Of a stretch of 14,545 nt of DNA, positions 1 to 8,412 are shown one piece after another. The first letter of the stretch is position 1. Each line of letters starts with the position of its first letter. The stretch comes from an archaeon. GTDB lineage: Archaea > Asgardarchaeota > Thorarchaeia > Thorarchaeales > Thorarchaeaceae. The DNA is taken from positions 1-14,545 of the forward strand of contig JAJRWI010000029.1 in NCBI GenBank assembly GCA_024276825.1, in the 5' to 3' direction. Under the pieces are notes generated by a model that saw only the letters and a program-made list of their open reading frames with translations, searched no databases and was not told where the DNA came from. Position numbers and translations under genes: made by a program.

Positions 1-938
1 CCCATTCCCAACACCTGATTAGCCTCATATTATCACTCAACTCCATTCGATTTTTCGAAAGCATTTTTTGCATAATTTCACTTCAACGCCACAATATAAT
101 TGCCGCAACCACCTGAATATTAATTTTTATAGAGGCATTCTTTATCAACGAGCGTTTATGCTTATTCTCATTTTTATAAAAAACCTTCATATTTTTAATA
201 TTTTTGTATATGTTTGTGCAAACTTATTCCTATATAAATTATTTATGCCTGTATTCAATATATGAATATGACTTATTCCTAAGCCTGCCTGATGATCATT
301 AATTCATACTTATTATGTGAGTACCCCCTATATCTGTCGAGGATAATGGGGGTTATTTGAGTTGAAAATATACTAATCGCTTGCATATCTTGAAAAGTGA
401 GTATGAAGGATTTTCCCCATGGCAACCATTGCAGTTTTCAATACAAGCAAAATGAACTACTTTTAAAAATTATAAAAGAATAGTTATATTATGAAAAACA
501 ATGATTATGAAACAGAAAATATTAGAAAATGCCGACAAAAGACTAAAGTAAAAACAAATAACGGTGGTCGAAAAATCGTAGGATGTGCTGAAAAATAGAA
601 CAATAATGATGCAAGAAATCATCAGATTATAAAAGCATTATTTTGGAAAATGAATCTTAGATGAATTCGCTAAATCTTAATACATTTGTAAAATACTGAA
701 TTAGATCCAAAATTATAGCAAATAAAGCAGACGCGTTCAGATTAATAGATCTTGGACGGGTCTAGAAATTATAATCACACTATTCCAGAAAGTGATGCTG
801 AATTCAGATTCAATCTATATTTATTCCTCTTCATCATGTGACTATATTTTGATTGATAAAATCCATTTCCAAATCATCAAAAAAGAAATAAGTTCAATAT
901 TAGCTAAATCGACAATAAATTGTTTTGGAGGATGGTTC

Positions 939-1691
939 TTGCCTGTTGATGAAAGTTTCAAGGATGATGTGCGAAGACGAAATGCATCATGGAAAGAAAA
1001 AATGCTTCAACGCTATGCTCCAATCGAATCATTGGAATCATTGGATCTAAATGACACTCGTTTTATTCTGCAGAGAGTTGACTTCCCGTATAGTTGGCGG
1101 ACCACTATGGCTTGTCCCGTCTATGCATGGACGGTCGAGAAGAGGGGACACAAGCGCGAACCCTGCATACTAATCACAGAAACCTCCACGGTATGGGATG
1201 CGGAATACAAGGAGCTCATGCTTCTCTTCAATACCGAATTTACTATATATGATGCAGAAGGACCGCAACTTCAGACAATTATTGAGCTTGTGGACAAAGG
1301 AAAGCGTTCAACGCGAATTCCAGTTATGAATGAACGCACATTTTATGTTGACAGCTATGCTTATGCATTTGGAAGGTCGCAGGTCCCAGTCCCTGAGATT
1401 TTAGGACAGCCTGCATGGATTGTAGTCAGAGAGGATAATGAGGAGAGATGGTTTGTTCCTAGGGGTAAGGACCACTATCCGAACGTTGAACTGATCGACC
1501 GTGAGGGCAATCTGGCATTAAGAATCAATGGCTTATCCTTTATTGAAAAACTTTGGCAGGGTTTCAGCAAAATTAATTCTGGACCGCGGCATAGCCTTTA
1601 CCTAGAAGTTATCAACAAGGCTGTCCCCAAAGAAGTAGTTTTGTATCTGGCATCTCAGGCCATTCGTGGTCAATGGAACTTGCTTACCTAG
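939..1691 (+). CDS. Hypothetical protein (~250 aa), possible tubby C-terminal/LURP-one/scramblase-like fold
   Basis: ORF track gives 792..1691, but the first ~49 codons are AT-rich and intergenic-like. An in-frame TTG at 939 has GGAGG (927-931) 7 nt upstream, so it is the likelier start. Sequence is beta-rich with two 'F/V-x-I-x-D-x-E-G' hairpins (FTIYDAEG, VELIDREG) and a C-terminal hydrophobic helix (PKEVVLYLASQAIR). The CDS is solid; the fold is inference. Confidence 0.75.
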   Translation: MPVDESFKDDVRRRNASWKEKMLQRYAPIESLESLDLNDTRFILQRVDFPYSWRTTMACPVYAWTVEKRGHKREPCILITETSTVWDAEYKELMLLFNTEFTIYDAEGPQLQTIIELVDKGKRSTRIPVMNERTFYVDSYAYAFGRSQVPVPEILGQPAWIVVREDNEERWFVPRGKDHYPNVELIDREGNLALRINGLSFIEKLWQGFSKINSGPRHSLYLEVINKAVPKEVVLYLASQAIRGQWNLLT

Positions 1692-1845
1692 AATGAGATT
1701 TTGAAAAAGAGATAACGGTGACCTTGGGATGACTATGTTAAAGTGATTTCCGGCGTTAAATATAAACCATTTTAATAAAATCCAAAAAATGTAATATTTA
1801 GAATAATTAATATTGGCCAACAATGATGAATGCTATGGTGTTTGA

Positions 1846-2175
1846 ATGCAAATGACATTGCTTGATCCCAACGACTTTTTTCTATTTATGGCTGAATCAT
1901 TGATTGTTGTTGGAATACTGATCGCCACTCTTATTGCGTTACGAATGAGGATGAAATACCCAAAATTAGCAACTCCTGGTTGGGGGCTCATAATCTTAGG
2001 GCTTGTATTCATGCTATTGCATTCAATATTTGACGCTATTGATACTCTTCAATTGGGCGATGAGCTTGTAAAAATAATAAATGTACTGGATGGAAGTACA
2101 TTTGCAATGGGGATTCTGCTATTTGCTGTTGGAATTTACAGGATTGCAGCAATTGGAGCCCAAGAATGGAGGTAG
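1846..2175 (+). CDS. Small 3-TM membrane protein (paralog A)
   Basis: 109 aa with three hydrophobic segments, KYP after TM1 and FDAIDT after TM2. First gene of a tightly packed three-gene unit. Confidence 0.85.
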   Translation: MQMTLLDPNDFFLFMAESLIVVGILIATLIALRMRMKYPKLATPGWGLIILGLVFMLLHSIFDAIDTLQLGDELVKIINVLDGSTFAMGILLFAVGIYRIAAIGAQEWR

Positions 2176-2179
2176 TAAA

Positions 2180-2545
2180 ATGCAAGGTTTCATGATTGAA
2201 TTTAGTCCACCCTCCGATCCTCTGGAATTATTGAAAGCATGTTTGGACCTAGCTACAGCTATTCTCTTTGTTGTAGTTTTGATTGTCATTATTATTGCTG
2301 CTAAGAAATATCCTCTATTTGAAAGAAAAGACACACTTTATCCGTTGATTATTTTTGCTATTCTTGGTATCATTAGTACGGCAATGGATGCGTATGATGA
2401 ATGGTTCTGGTTCACCCCCAAAGAATTCTATGATTTCATCTGGAAGCCCACTAGGCTTATTCTTTTCATTGTAGCGATATTTATTCTAGTGTTTGCATTC
2501 CAGCGATTTTACAAAGTGTCAGAGCGTTTGTTCGGAGAAGATTGA
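2180..2545 (+). CDS. Small 3-TM membrane protein (paralog B, ~121 aa)
   Basis: Start reassigned from 2081 to ATG 2180, which has GGAGG at 2168-2172 and lies just after the upstream stop. Three hydrophobic segments, KKYP after TM1 and MDAYDE after TM2. Confidence 0.85.
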   Translation: MQGFMIEFSPPSDPLELLKACLDLATAILFVVVLIVIIIAAKKYPLFERKDTLYPLIIFAILGIISTAMDAYDEWFWFTPKEFYDFIWKPTRLILFIVAIFILVFAFQRFYKVSERLFGED

Positions 2546-3448
2546 ATGGCCCCAAAGATTAACGCGGTGCATATCATTCATCAGGATGGTATTCCAATTA
2601 TCAGTTCCAGACTAAGCGTGCATAAGGCTTCTGAAGTCAAATCTTTTGAAGACCTGTTCGGCGGCTTTTCAAGTGCGATAAACTCACTTATTCAACAACT
2701 TGGACATAAAGAATTGCGTTCAATTGAGGTAGAGAATGGAATCCTTGTCTATAGTTTCAAGAAGCCAATTATTTTCGTTGTCTTCGCTGATAGCCTTGCT
2801 AGTGAATATTTTGCAAAGATTCTAGTCAAGCAGATTGAGTACGAGTTCTTTCAGGAATATGGCGAATTATTAATGCAGGATGATGCTTATATCCGTGGTG
2901 AGCGTTACCTTGGGTTTAAATCCACAATAAACACGCTCTATGAACAGATGCTTCAAATTGACAGTAAATTCCCGCGACTTCTAGAATTCTTGCCAGCTTT
3001 CATCCCACTTCACTACATCTATGTGGTTGTCAATCTTGGTGAAGATATAATCAGAAAATACCCCCATGCAACAATCAAGCTTGTCAGAGATCTGCCCCTC
3101 TATTTTGAAGATAATATTGAAATTCAGCATCTTGTGGAACGAACAATTGGCAGATATGCAGGATTTCATATAATAGAAAGAATGGGTGATGAAACCATCA
3201 TTATGGACCAAAAGAACATATCCAAATTATTGAATGAGATCTCGGTTTGCAAGTACGATAAAAAGCATGATGCATTCAACATTATCCTATGTCCTATATG
3301 TCGAGGAAGAACTTCTGATAGGCCCATGTGCGACTTCTTCAGTGGCTTCATTGAAGGTGCTCTGCGTAATCCTAGCATGCAAGTAGAAGAAGTAAGGTGT
3401 AAAGCCCGTGGTGATGAGTTCTGCAGATTTCAGTTGAGCAGAAAATGA
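2546..3448 (+). CDS. Longin-like domain fused to a V4R domain
   Basis: N-terminus 'INAVHIIHQDGIPI...DLFGGFSSAINSLIQQLGHKELRSIEVENGILVY...IIFVVFAD' matches the Asgard longin pattern. C-terminus 'CPIC...PMCDFFSGFIEG...VEEVRCKARGDEFCRFQL' is a typical V4R signature. ATG directly abuts the upstream TGA (TGAATG). Confidence 0.85.
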   Translation: MAPKINAVHIIHQDGIPIISSRLSVHKASEVKSFEDLFGGFSSAINSLIQQLGHKELRSIEVENGILVYSFKKPIIFVVFADSLASEYFAKILVKQIEYEFFQEYGELLMQDDAYIRGERYLGFKSTINTLYEQMLQIDSKFPRLLEFLPAFIPLHYIYVVVNLGEDIIRKYPHATIKLVRDLPLYFEDNIEIQHLVERTIGRYAGFHIIERMGDETIIMDQKNISKLLNEISVCKYDKKHDAFNIILCPICRGRTSDRPMCDFFSGFIEGALRNPSMQVEEVRCKARGDEFCRFQLSRK

Positions 3449-3546
3449 TCCTCAATAACGCCTGCAATACTGGTATCTATAGGATTTTTATGAATTACAT
3501 GAACCATATCTTGTATGAATTTTATCAGCTTTCAAAATGAAGTACT

Positions 3547-3847
3547 AGTAAACGCTTGATACTTAATTTCCAAATGCTATGTATGCTAGACATCTATGAC
3601 ACCCTTCATACATGTAATTTGTAAACGCTCGATTAATTCTTGGAAATTGTTGGAAATTGTGTGCGTTTACTGGTGGCTCTTCATCATTAAATAGTAAATG
3701 CTATTCGCTACTATATGCGTCGAACTTTAATCAAACCAATCTAAGTTAAGGAGATATGAGTCTTATTTTGCTATGATTCGTTTGGTCTTTTTCTCTTAGT
3801 AAACGCTTATTATTCATCGCCATTTTGGCATAATATATACGTTTACA
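3547..3847. promoter_or_regulatory. Cluster of GTAAACG operator-like sites upstream of the geranylgeranyl reductase
   Basis: AGTAAACGCTTGAT 3547-3560; TGTAAACGCTCGAT 3620-3633; CGTTTAC (reverse) 3664-3670; degenerate AGTAAATGCT from 3693; AGTAAACGCTTATT 3798-3811; CGTTTAC (reverse) 3840-3846. Confidence 0.6.
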
Positions 3848-3917
3848 GCGGCTTGTTTTAATAGAAAGAAAATCAATGATATTATTTGTGGGTTAATATA
3901 GAATAATCGGGATTAAT

Positions 3918-5117
3918 ATGGAAACTTTAAAGGATGTTATCATTATTGGCGCAGGCCCTGCAGGCTTAATGGCTGCTCGACAACTTGCAATTAATGGTGT
4001 TGAAACCTTATTAATTACGAGAGAAATGAATGTTCCCGGTGAAGAGAAGGTCTGTGGTGGATTTATTCCAGCAAGAGCGCTTGAAGAGTTCAATATTGGC
4101 AATTTTGCAGGCGCATTTCCAATTCTTGGTGTTAGAATGAAGTTTCCAGGCACGGAAATTAAGCAGGTTGACTTTGATGAGCCCATTGGATATGATGCAA
4201 CTCGTGCTGATATAGGAAGGGCCCTTCTTCATCTTATTGATCAATCGATAGTAGAAATCAGGATGGGCCAATGTGTTGTAGGGTGTGTGGAAGAAAAGGA
4301 ATATTGTATTGTTCGCATGAAGGGTGAAAGTGGTATTGAAGGGATTCCAAGTAGGATCGTAATAGACGCAAGCGGGGTTTCACCAGTGACGAGTAAGAAC
4401 TCTTTAGTCAGACCCAGACTCACACCCCAGCAGCTTGGCTATGCGGTGCAATATCAAATGCGTAGAAATGACTCATTAAGTTTTGACCCAGTAATTGAGT
4501 TTTACTATGGTAGTGAGTTTTCACCGAAGGGCTATGCATGGATCTTCCCTAGAGGCAATGAAGCTGCGGTTGGGACCGGAGGGATTCTTTCTCAGGTCAA
4601 AAGCAATAGTCGTCAGACCATCGAGTATCTGAATCATCTACTTGAAAAATCACCTACTCTTCAGTTGAATGGCTCAATAGAGATAATCAAACAGGAGGCT
4701 GCGCTAATGCCCCTGGCGGGTATTGTGAAGCCGTCATATTCAAACAGGATTTTACTTGCAGGCGATGCTGCAGCTCATTGCTCTCCAATAAGTGGTGAGG
4801 GGATCTATTATTCAATGGTTTGTGGTGATCTTGCAGGTAAAGTTGCTGCAAGTGCAATTCAACAGAATGAGATCTCACGAAAGTTTCTGAAGCAATATGA
4901 AAAGGCGTGGATTAATAGAATTGGATCTGACCTCAAATGGGGGCTGTGGCTGCAAAAGCGATTGACAAAACAGGGTTCAAAAAGCTTGGGCTCTCAATTC
5001 TTGCAGGATGAAAAATCTTGCAGGATAATAGCAGAGATGTTGATTGGACAACGTTCGGTGAAAAGTTCAATTCTTGCAGCTCTTCCCAAATATCTTAAGG
5101 CCAAAATCCTTGGATAA
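3918..5117 (+). CDS. Geranylgeranyl reductase family FAD-dependent oxidoreductase (digeranylgeranylglycerophospholipid reductase-like)
   Basis: Contains DVIIIGAGPAG (FAD-binding), KVCGG, PKGYAWIFP, LLAGDAA and PISGEGIYYSM, the hallmark GGR motifs. 399 aa. Confidence 0.92.
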   Translation: METLKDVIIIGAGPAGLMAARQLAINGVETLLITREMNVPGEEKVCGGFIPARALEEFNIGNFAGAFPILGVRMKFPGTEIKQVDFDEPIGYDATRADIGRALLHLIDQSIVEIRMGQCVVGCVEEKEYCIVRMKGESGIEGIPSRIVIDASGVSPVTSKNSLVRPRLTPQQLGYAVQYQMRRNDSLSFDPVIEFYYGSEFSPKGYAWIFPRGNEAAVGTGGILSQVKSNSRQTIEYLNHLLEKSPTLQLNGSIEIIKQEAALMPLAGIVKPSYSNRILLAGDAAAHCSPISGEGIYYSMVCGDLAGKVAASAIQQNEISRKFLKQYEKAWINRIGSDLKWGLWLQKRLTKQGSKSLGSQFLQDEKSCRIIAEMLIGQRSVKSSILAALPKYLKAKILG

Positions 5118-5557
5118 GAAAGAATGTGTATAGATATATATTGGCAGGTCATTGAAATTGAAGTTTTGGATTTTGAAGAGTATGCTCAGATAATAGATAC
5201 TGCAATGCAATATCTCGATAGATTTAATCTCAAGATCATAAAAAAGCATTCCGTCCTGATGAATGAAAACATATGCTCTCTGAAGTCAAGAACATAATTG
5301 ATATCTAAAATAAAAATATGAAATCTCTGCATTAATCTATCAATGATATGTATCTTACATAAAGATAGCCAAAATTCATTAGTTCGCTTAATATTCTTTC
5401 CTTGAAAATTGCTGATATCAAACTCTGGACTGTCTGCATCCCTCCTGCCATAGAATTAATCTGCTGACTAAAATCATTGCCAGTTCAACAATTGCAGACA
5501 TTTGACAATTCATAAATAGAAAGATTTGGATTGTTGACTATACTAGAGGGAAAAGAG

Positions 5558-6034
5558 ATGGATAAGGATCACATTCTTGAATTTATCAATAGGCAGATTG
5601 CGCTTGAAGAGAAAATAATAACAATTGTTAAAGAGAATGTTGAAAAGCTTGGAAATGATTTCTTAAAGGACCTATTGCTTGGAATTAGCCAAGACTCATT
5701 AAAGCATGCTGCGCTTCTCAAGTCATTGAAAAAAGCTATTGAGGGCCCAACCCCATTCATTAGTACTCAAGAGCGAGACAAGATTGCAAGGGGAATTGAC
5801 AAACATATACAATTGGAAAAACAAGCAGTTGAGACCTACACTCAATTAATGAACGAGTCTGATGACAAACAAGTGCGGACAATTGCTGCAATGATCCGTG
5901 AAGATGAGCTGCGACATCATGCCCTGTTGAAAGAACTCTACAAGACCATTGTTGAATCTGAAACCCTAACCGAGGATATGATTTGGGACATGGTCTGGAG
6001 AGACTCACCGTGGCATGGAAGTCCAGGCGGTTGA
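5558..6034 (+). CDS. Ferritin-like/rubrerythrin-like four-helix diiron protein
   Basis: Duplicated helix pairs with E...DSxKH (LEEK...QDSLKH) and E...EDELRHH ligand motifs. ATG 5558 follows GAGGG and is preferred over TTG 5531. C-terminal tail WDMVWRDSPWHGSPGG. Confidence 0.85.
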   Translation: MDKDHILEFINRQIALEEKIITIVKENVEKLGNDFLKDLLLGISQDSLKHAALLKSLKKAIEGPTPFISTQERDKIARGIDKHIQLEKQAVETYTQLMNESDDKQVRTIAAMIREDELRHHALLKELYKTIVESETLTEDMIWDMVWRDSPWHGSPGG

Positions 6035-6329
6035 ACCTAAATAATGGCATGATTGACAAGGTTAACAATATAACCAAATCGTCTGAATTTGATTAAAAGT
6101 ACAGTACCTTAATTATTATTGAATCAAATAGACTTGGATAACTATCAGAGAATTTGATCAAATATAATGGCTTTCAAAACCTTCTCGTGCACCGAAACAT
6201 TGGGATTGATTCTTAAATTGTTCTTCGAAAAAACCTTGAAATAATGTCAAATTTCTAAGGTATATGGAGTTTGAATGTAATTTTGACTGAATTAAAACGC
6301 TTTAATAGTTGAGAGAACATCTAACTGCT

Positions 6330-7523
6330 ATGACTTCCGAAGTGTATTTTGGCTCAGTTCTGCATGGTGCAAGAAATCAAGGTGCTGCCCTTGCTCGCAA
6401 ATTGGACCTGATAATTGAACAACTTGACTTCTCCACTATTGAGAAGAAGGAAAAAGTGGCCATTAAAATGCACCTTGGCTTTAGAGATGGCTATCAAACA
6501 GTCCCAGTCTTCTTTGTCAGACGGATTGTAAAGGCAATAAGGAAGCAGGGGGCTTTTCCATTCATAACCGATAATCCAACTGCAGTTTACAATGCTGTTG
6601 ATAGGGGCTATACTCAAGAGACCTGTGGATGTCCGCTCATTCCAATTGCTGGAGTAAAAGATGGTTATACTAAGACTACATTTATTGACTTCCAGAATGT
6701 TGATACTCTAGAGATGGGTGGCGTTCTACACGATGCTGATGTTTTGGTCGATCTCACTCATGCAAAAGGACATAATTCATCTGGCTTTGGAGGAGCAATT
6801 AAGAACATTGCACTTGGCGGATATCATGGTCCAAGTAGGTGGAGAAAGATTCATGGAGTTGAACAGAGCATTCCTTACTGGGATAATGAAAAATGCACTC
6901 CCGAGCATGCAAAGAAGTTGGTGAAGGCTTGCCCGGACAACCTAATAAGCTATGATGAAGAGAAGCATAAACTGACACTCAATTTTGGTATGTGCAATCA
7001 GTGCGGAGAATGCATTAAGGTAGATGAGGGTGTGGGATCGTTATCATTGAAGCCAGAGAATTTTGCTCTGTTTCAGGAACTTATGGCAAGGTCTGCCAAT
7101 GAGGTTCTCAAAACATTTGATAAAAACAAGCAGTTCTTCATCACATTCGCGATTGATATTACTGCTCTTTGCGATTGTTGGGGCTTTGGTCAACCTGTGG
7201 TCATAAATGATATTGGTGTACTTGGAAGTAGAGATATTGTTGCCATAGAGCAAGCAACACTAGACCTGATTGCAAATGAAGGCCTGATTGAGAACATGAT
7301 TCCCCCATATATTCGCAATCCAATTCTTGATCCATCTATTGATCTGCATCCATTTGCACGCTTGCATGGTCCAATGAAGGATCCCTATATTGTCACCAAG
7401 TATGCAGAAGAGCTGGGTATGGGAAGCAGAGAATACAAACTGATTGAAGTGCTCTCTATTGAAGAGGCTAAACGAATCGACTTCAAGTCCCAGACTTTTG
7501 AAGACCAGCCAACATTCTTCTAG
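6330..7523 (+). CDS. DUF362 domain Fe-S protein with inserted ferredoxin-like domain
   Basis: Motifs KVAIKMHLG, THAKGH...GFGGAIKNIALG, ACP...CNQCGEC, ITALCDC, DIGVLGSRDIVAIEQATLDL and AEELGMGSREY are all typical of DUF362. Start is probably ATG 6330 (MTSEVYF); the track gives TTG 6309. Confidence 0.9.
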   Translation: MTSEVYFGSVLHGARNQGAALARKLDLIIEQLDFSTIEKKEKVAIKMHLGFRDGYQTVPVFFVRRIVKAIRKQGAFPFITDNPTAVYNAVDRGYTQETCGCPLIPIAGVKDGYTKTTFIDFQNVDTLEMGGVLHDADVLVDLTHAKGHNSSGFGGAIKNIALGGYHGPSRWRKIHGVEQSIPYWDNEKCTPEHAKKLVKACPDNLISYDEEKHKLTLNFGMCNQCGECIKVDEGVGSLSLKPENFALFQELMARSANEVLKTFDKNKQFFITFAIDITALCDCWGFGQPVVINDIGVLGSRDIVAIEQATLDLIANEGLIENMIPPYIRNPILDPSIDLHPFARLHGPMKDPYIVTKYAEELGMGSREYKLIEVLSIEEAKRIDFKSQTFEDQPTFF

Positions 7524-7531
7524 AATGACAT

Positions 7532-8089
7532 TTACTGCTGGATGTCCACACCAAAGACTCTTCTCAAGACTCCGCCTAATGGAATGCTTGCAAGAACATA
7601 GAGAGTCCAATAGTAAAGTCCAAAGCCCACACCCGGAATCTCCACACCAATCGAATTAGAGAGAAACGGGAGTACTTTATGTGCATTGAAAGGAAGAATG
7701 GCCACGGGAAGTGCCCCATAAACTGCTGATAGTAGGAAGAATACAATGAGAATAGGAATATACGTGTAGCACATTGGTTTCATTCGAATGGTGGCAAGCT
7801 TGCCTTGCAGTGCCATAACTCTCCCCTGCTGAGCCATGACCTCCTCCATGAGTATGGCATCTCCAGTCTTGCGAGCTCTCTTCCATTTTTCCTGCCACTC
7901 CTTAACAGTAGTAGTGATCTGTCTGACTTCCTCCATATCAACAAGTCTCTTCATTGCATATATTGATATAATGTTGATTCCAACACCTACAATAACAATG
8001 AACACCGTTGATCCAGGTATGATCATCAGTGGTCCCATGATAGCTTGGATTGCAAGTATTATATCACTGAAGATATCCATTGAACTCAC
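7532..8089 (-). CDS. DUF106 / EMC3-TMCO1 (Oxa1 superfamily) membrane insertase homolog
   Basis: Shows TM1, a cytosolic coiled coil (LVDMEEVRQI...EWQEKWKRARKTGD), MKPMCYTYIPILIVFF, and a C-terminal 'GLYYWTLYVLAS...VLRRVFG'. This is the canonical archaeal DUF106 pattern. GTG start preceded by GCAGGT. Confidence 0.9.
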   Translation of the reverse strand: MSSMDIFSDIILAIQAIMGPLMIIPGSTVFIVIVGVGINIISIYAMKRLVDMEEVRQITTTVKEWQEKWKRARKTGDAILMEEVMAQQGRVMALQGKLATIRMKPMCYTYIPILIVFFLLSAVYGALPVAILPFNAHKVLPFLSNSIGVEIPGVGFGLYYWTLYVLASIPLGGVLRRVFGVDIQQ

Positions 8090-8412
8090 ACCTGCTTTGA
8101 CATATTCACCCTGTTTTAAGCGTAGCGAATATGTATCCTAAATCGATTCAGACCTTATCCGTGTTATATCCCAAACATAAGTGAATAATACAAATGAACA
8201 AGTACTATTTTTTTATTGAGTATACGTTAGCATTCCGCGCAAGCCCTTCCATAACCTAATGTAGTAAACGCTCATCTATTCCGCGCCATCAAGCTCTGAC
8301 TTTTCGACTGGAAATTAAGGTTATGTTTCATTTAATATATATATAGAGGCCATATTTGTGCTAAATTGGGCAAATATTCTGCACAAAAAGCAGTATCGAA
8401 TATTATATCCAA

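Noticed and set aside
1-28. Possible start of a minus-strand gene running off the left edge (ATG at 28 or at 5, with GAGTGA/AGGTG upstream)
   Set aside because: Fewer than 10 codons are visible, so it cannot be supported or assigned.
68-265. 65-aa ORF on + strand
   Set aside because: Low-complexity T-rich sequence with F/I/N-biased translation and no Shine-Dalgarno; most likely intergenic.
792-938. N-terminal extension of the first CDS in the ORF track
   Set aside because: AT-rich and promoter-like; a better start with GGAGG exists at TTG 939.
2081-2179. N-terminal extension of the 154-aa ORF
   Set aside because: Overlaps the upstream gene out of frame; ATG 2180 has its own Shine-Dalgarno.
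3547-3847. CRISPR-like reading of the repeated GTAAACGCT
   Set aside because: Repeats are only 7-10 nt, irregularly spaced and on both strands, with no cas genes nearby.
5256-5280. CTGATGA..GAAA hammerhead-like core (CTGATGA also at 289)
   Set aside because: No stem II and no convincing stem I or III pairing; no matching D box identified for a C/D sRNA.
8302-8322. ORB-like string TTCGACTGGAAATTAAGG, and the tandem TGGAAATTGT repeat at 3641-3660
   Set aside because: Single degenerate matches with no G-string, no inverted ORB pair around an unwinding element, and no orc1/cdc6 gene in the window.
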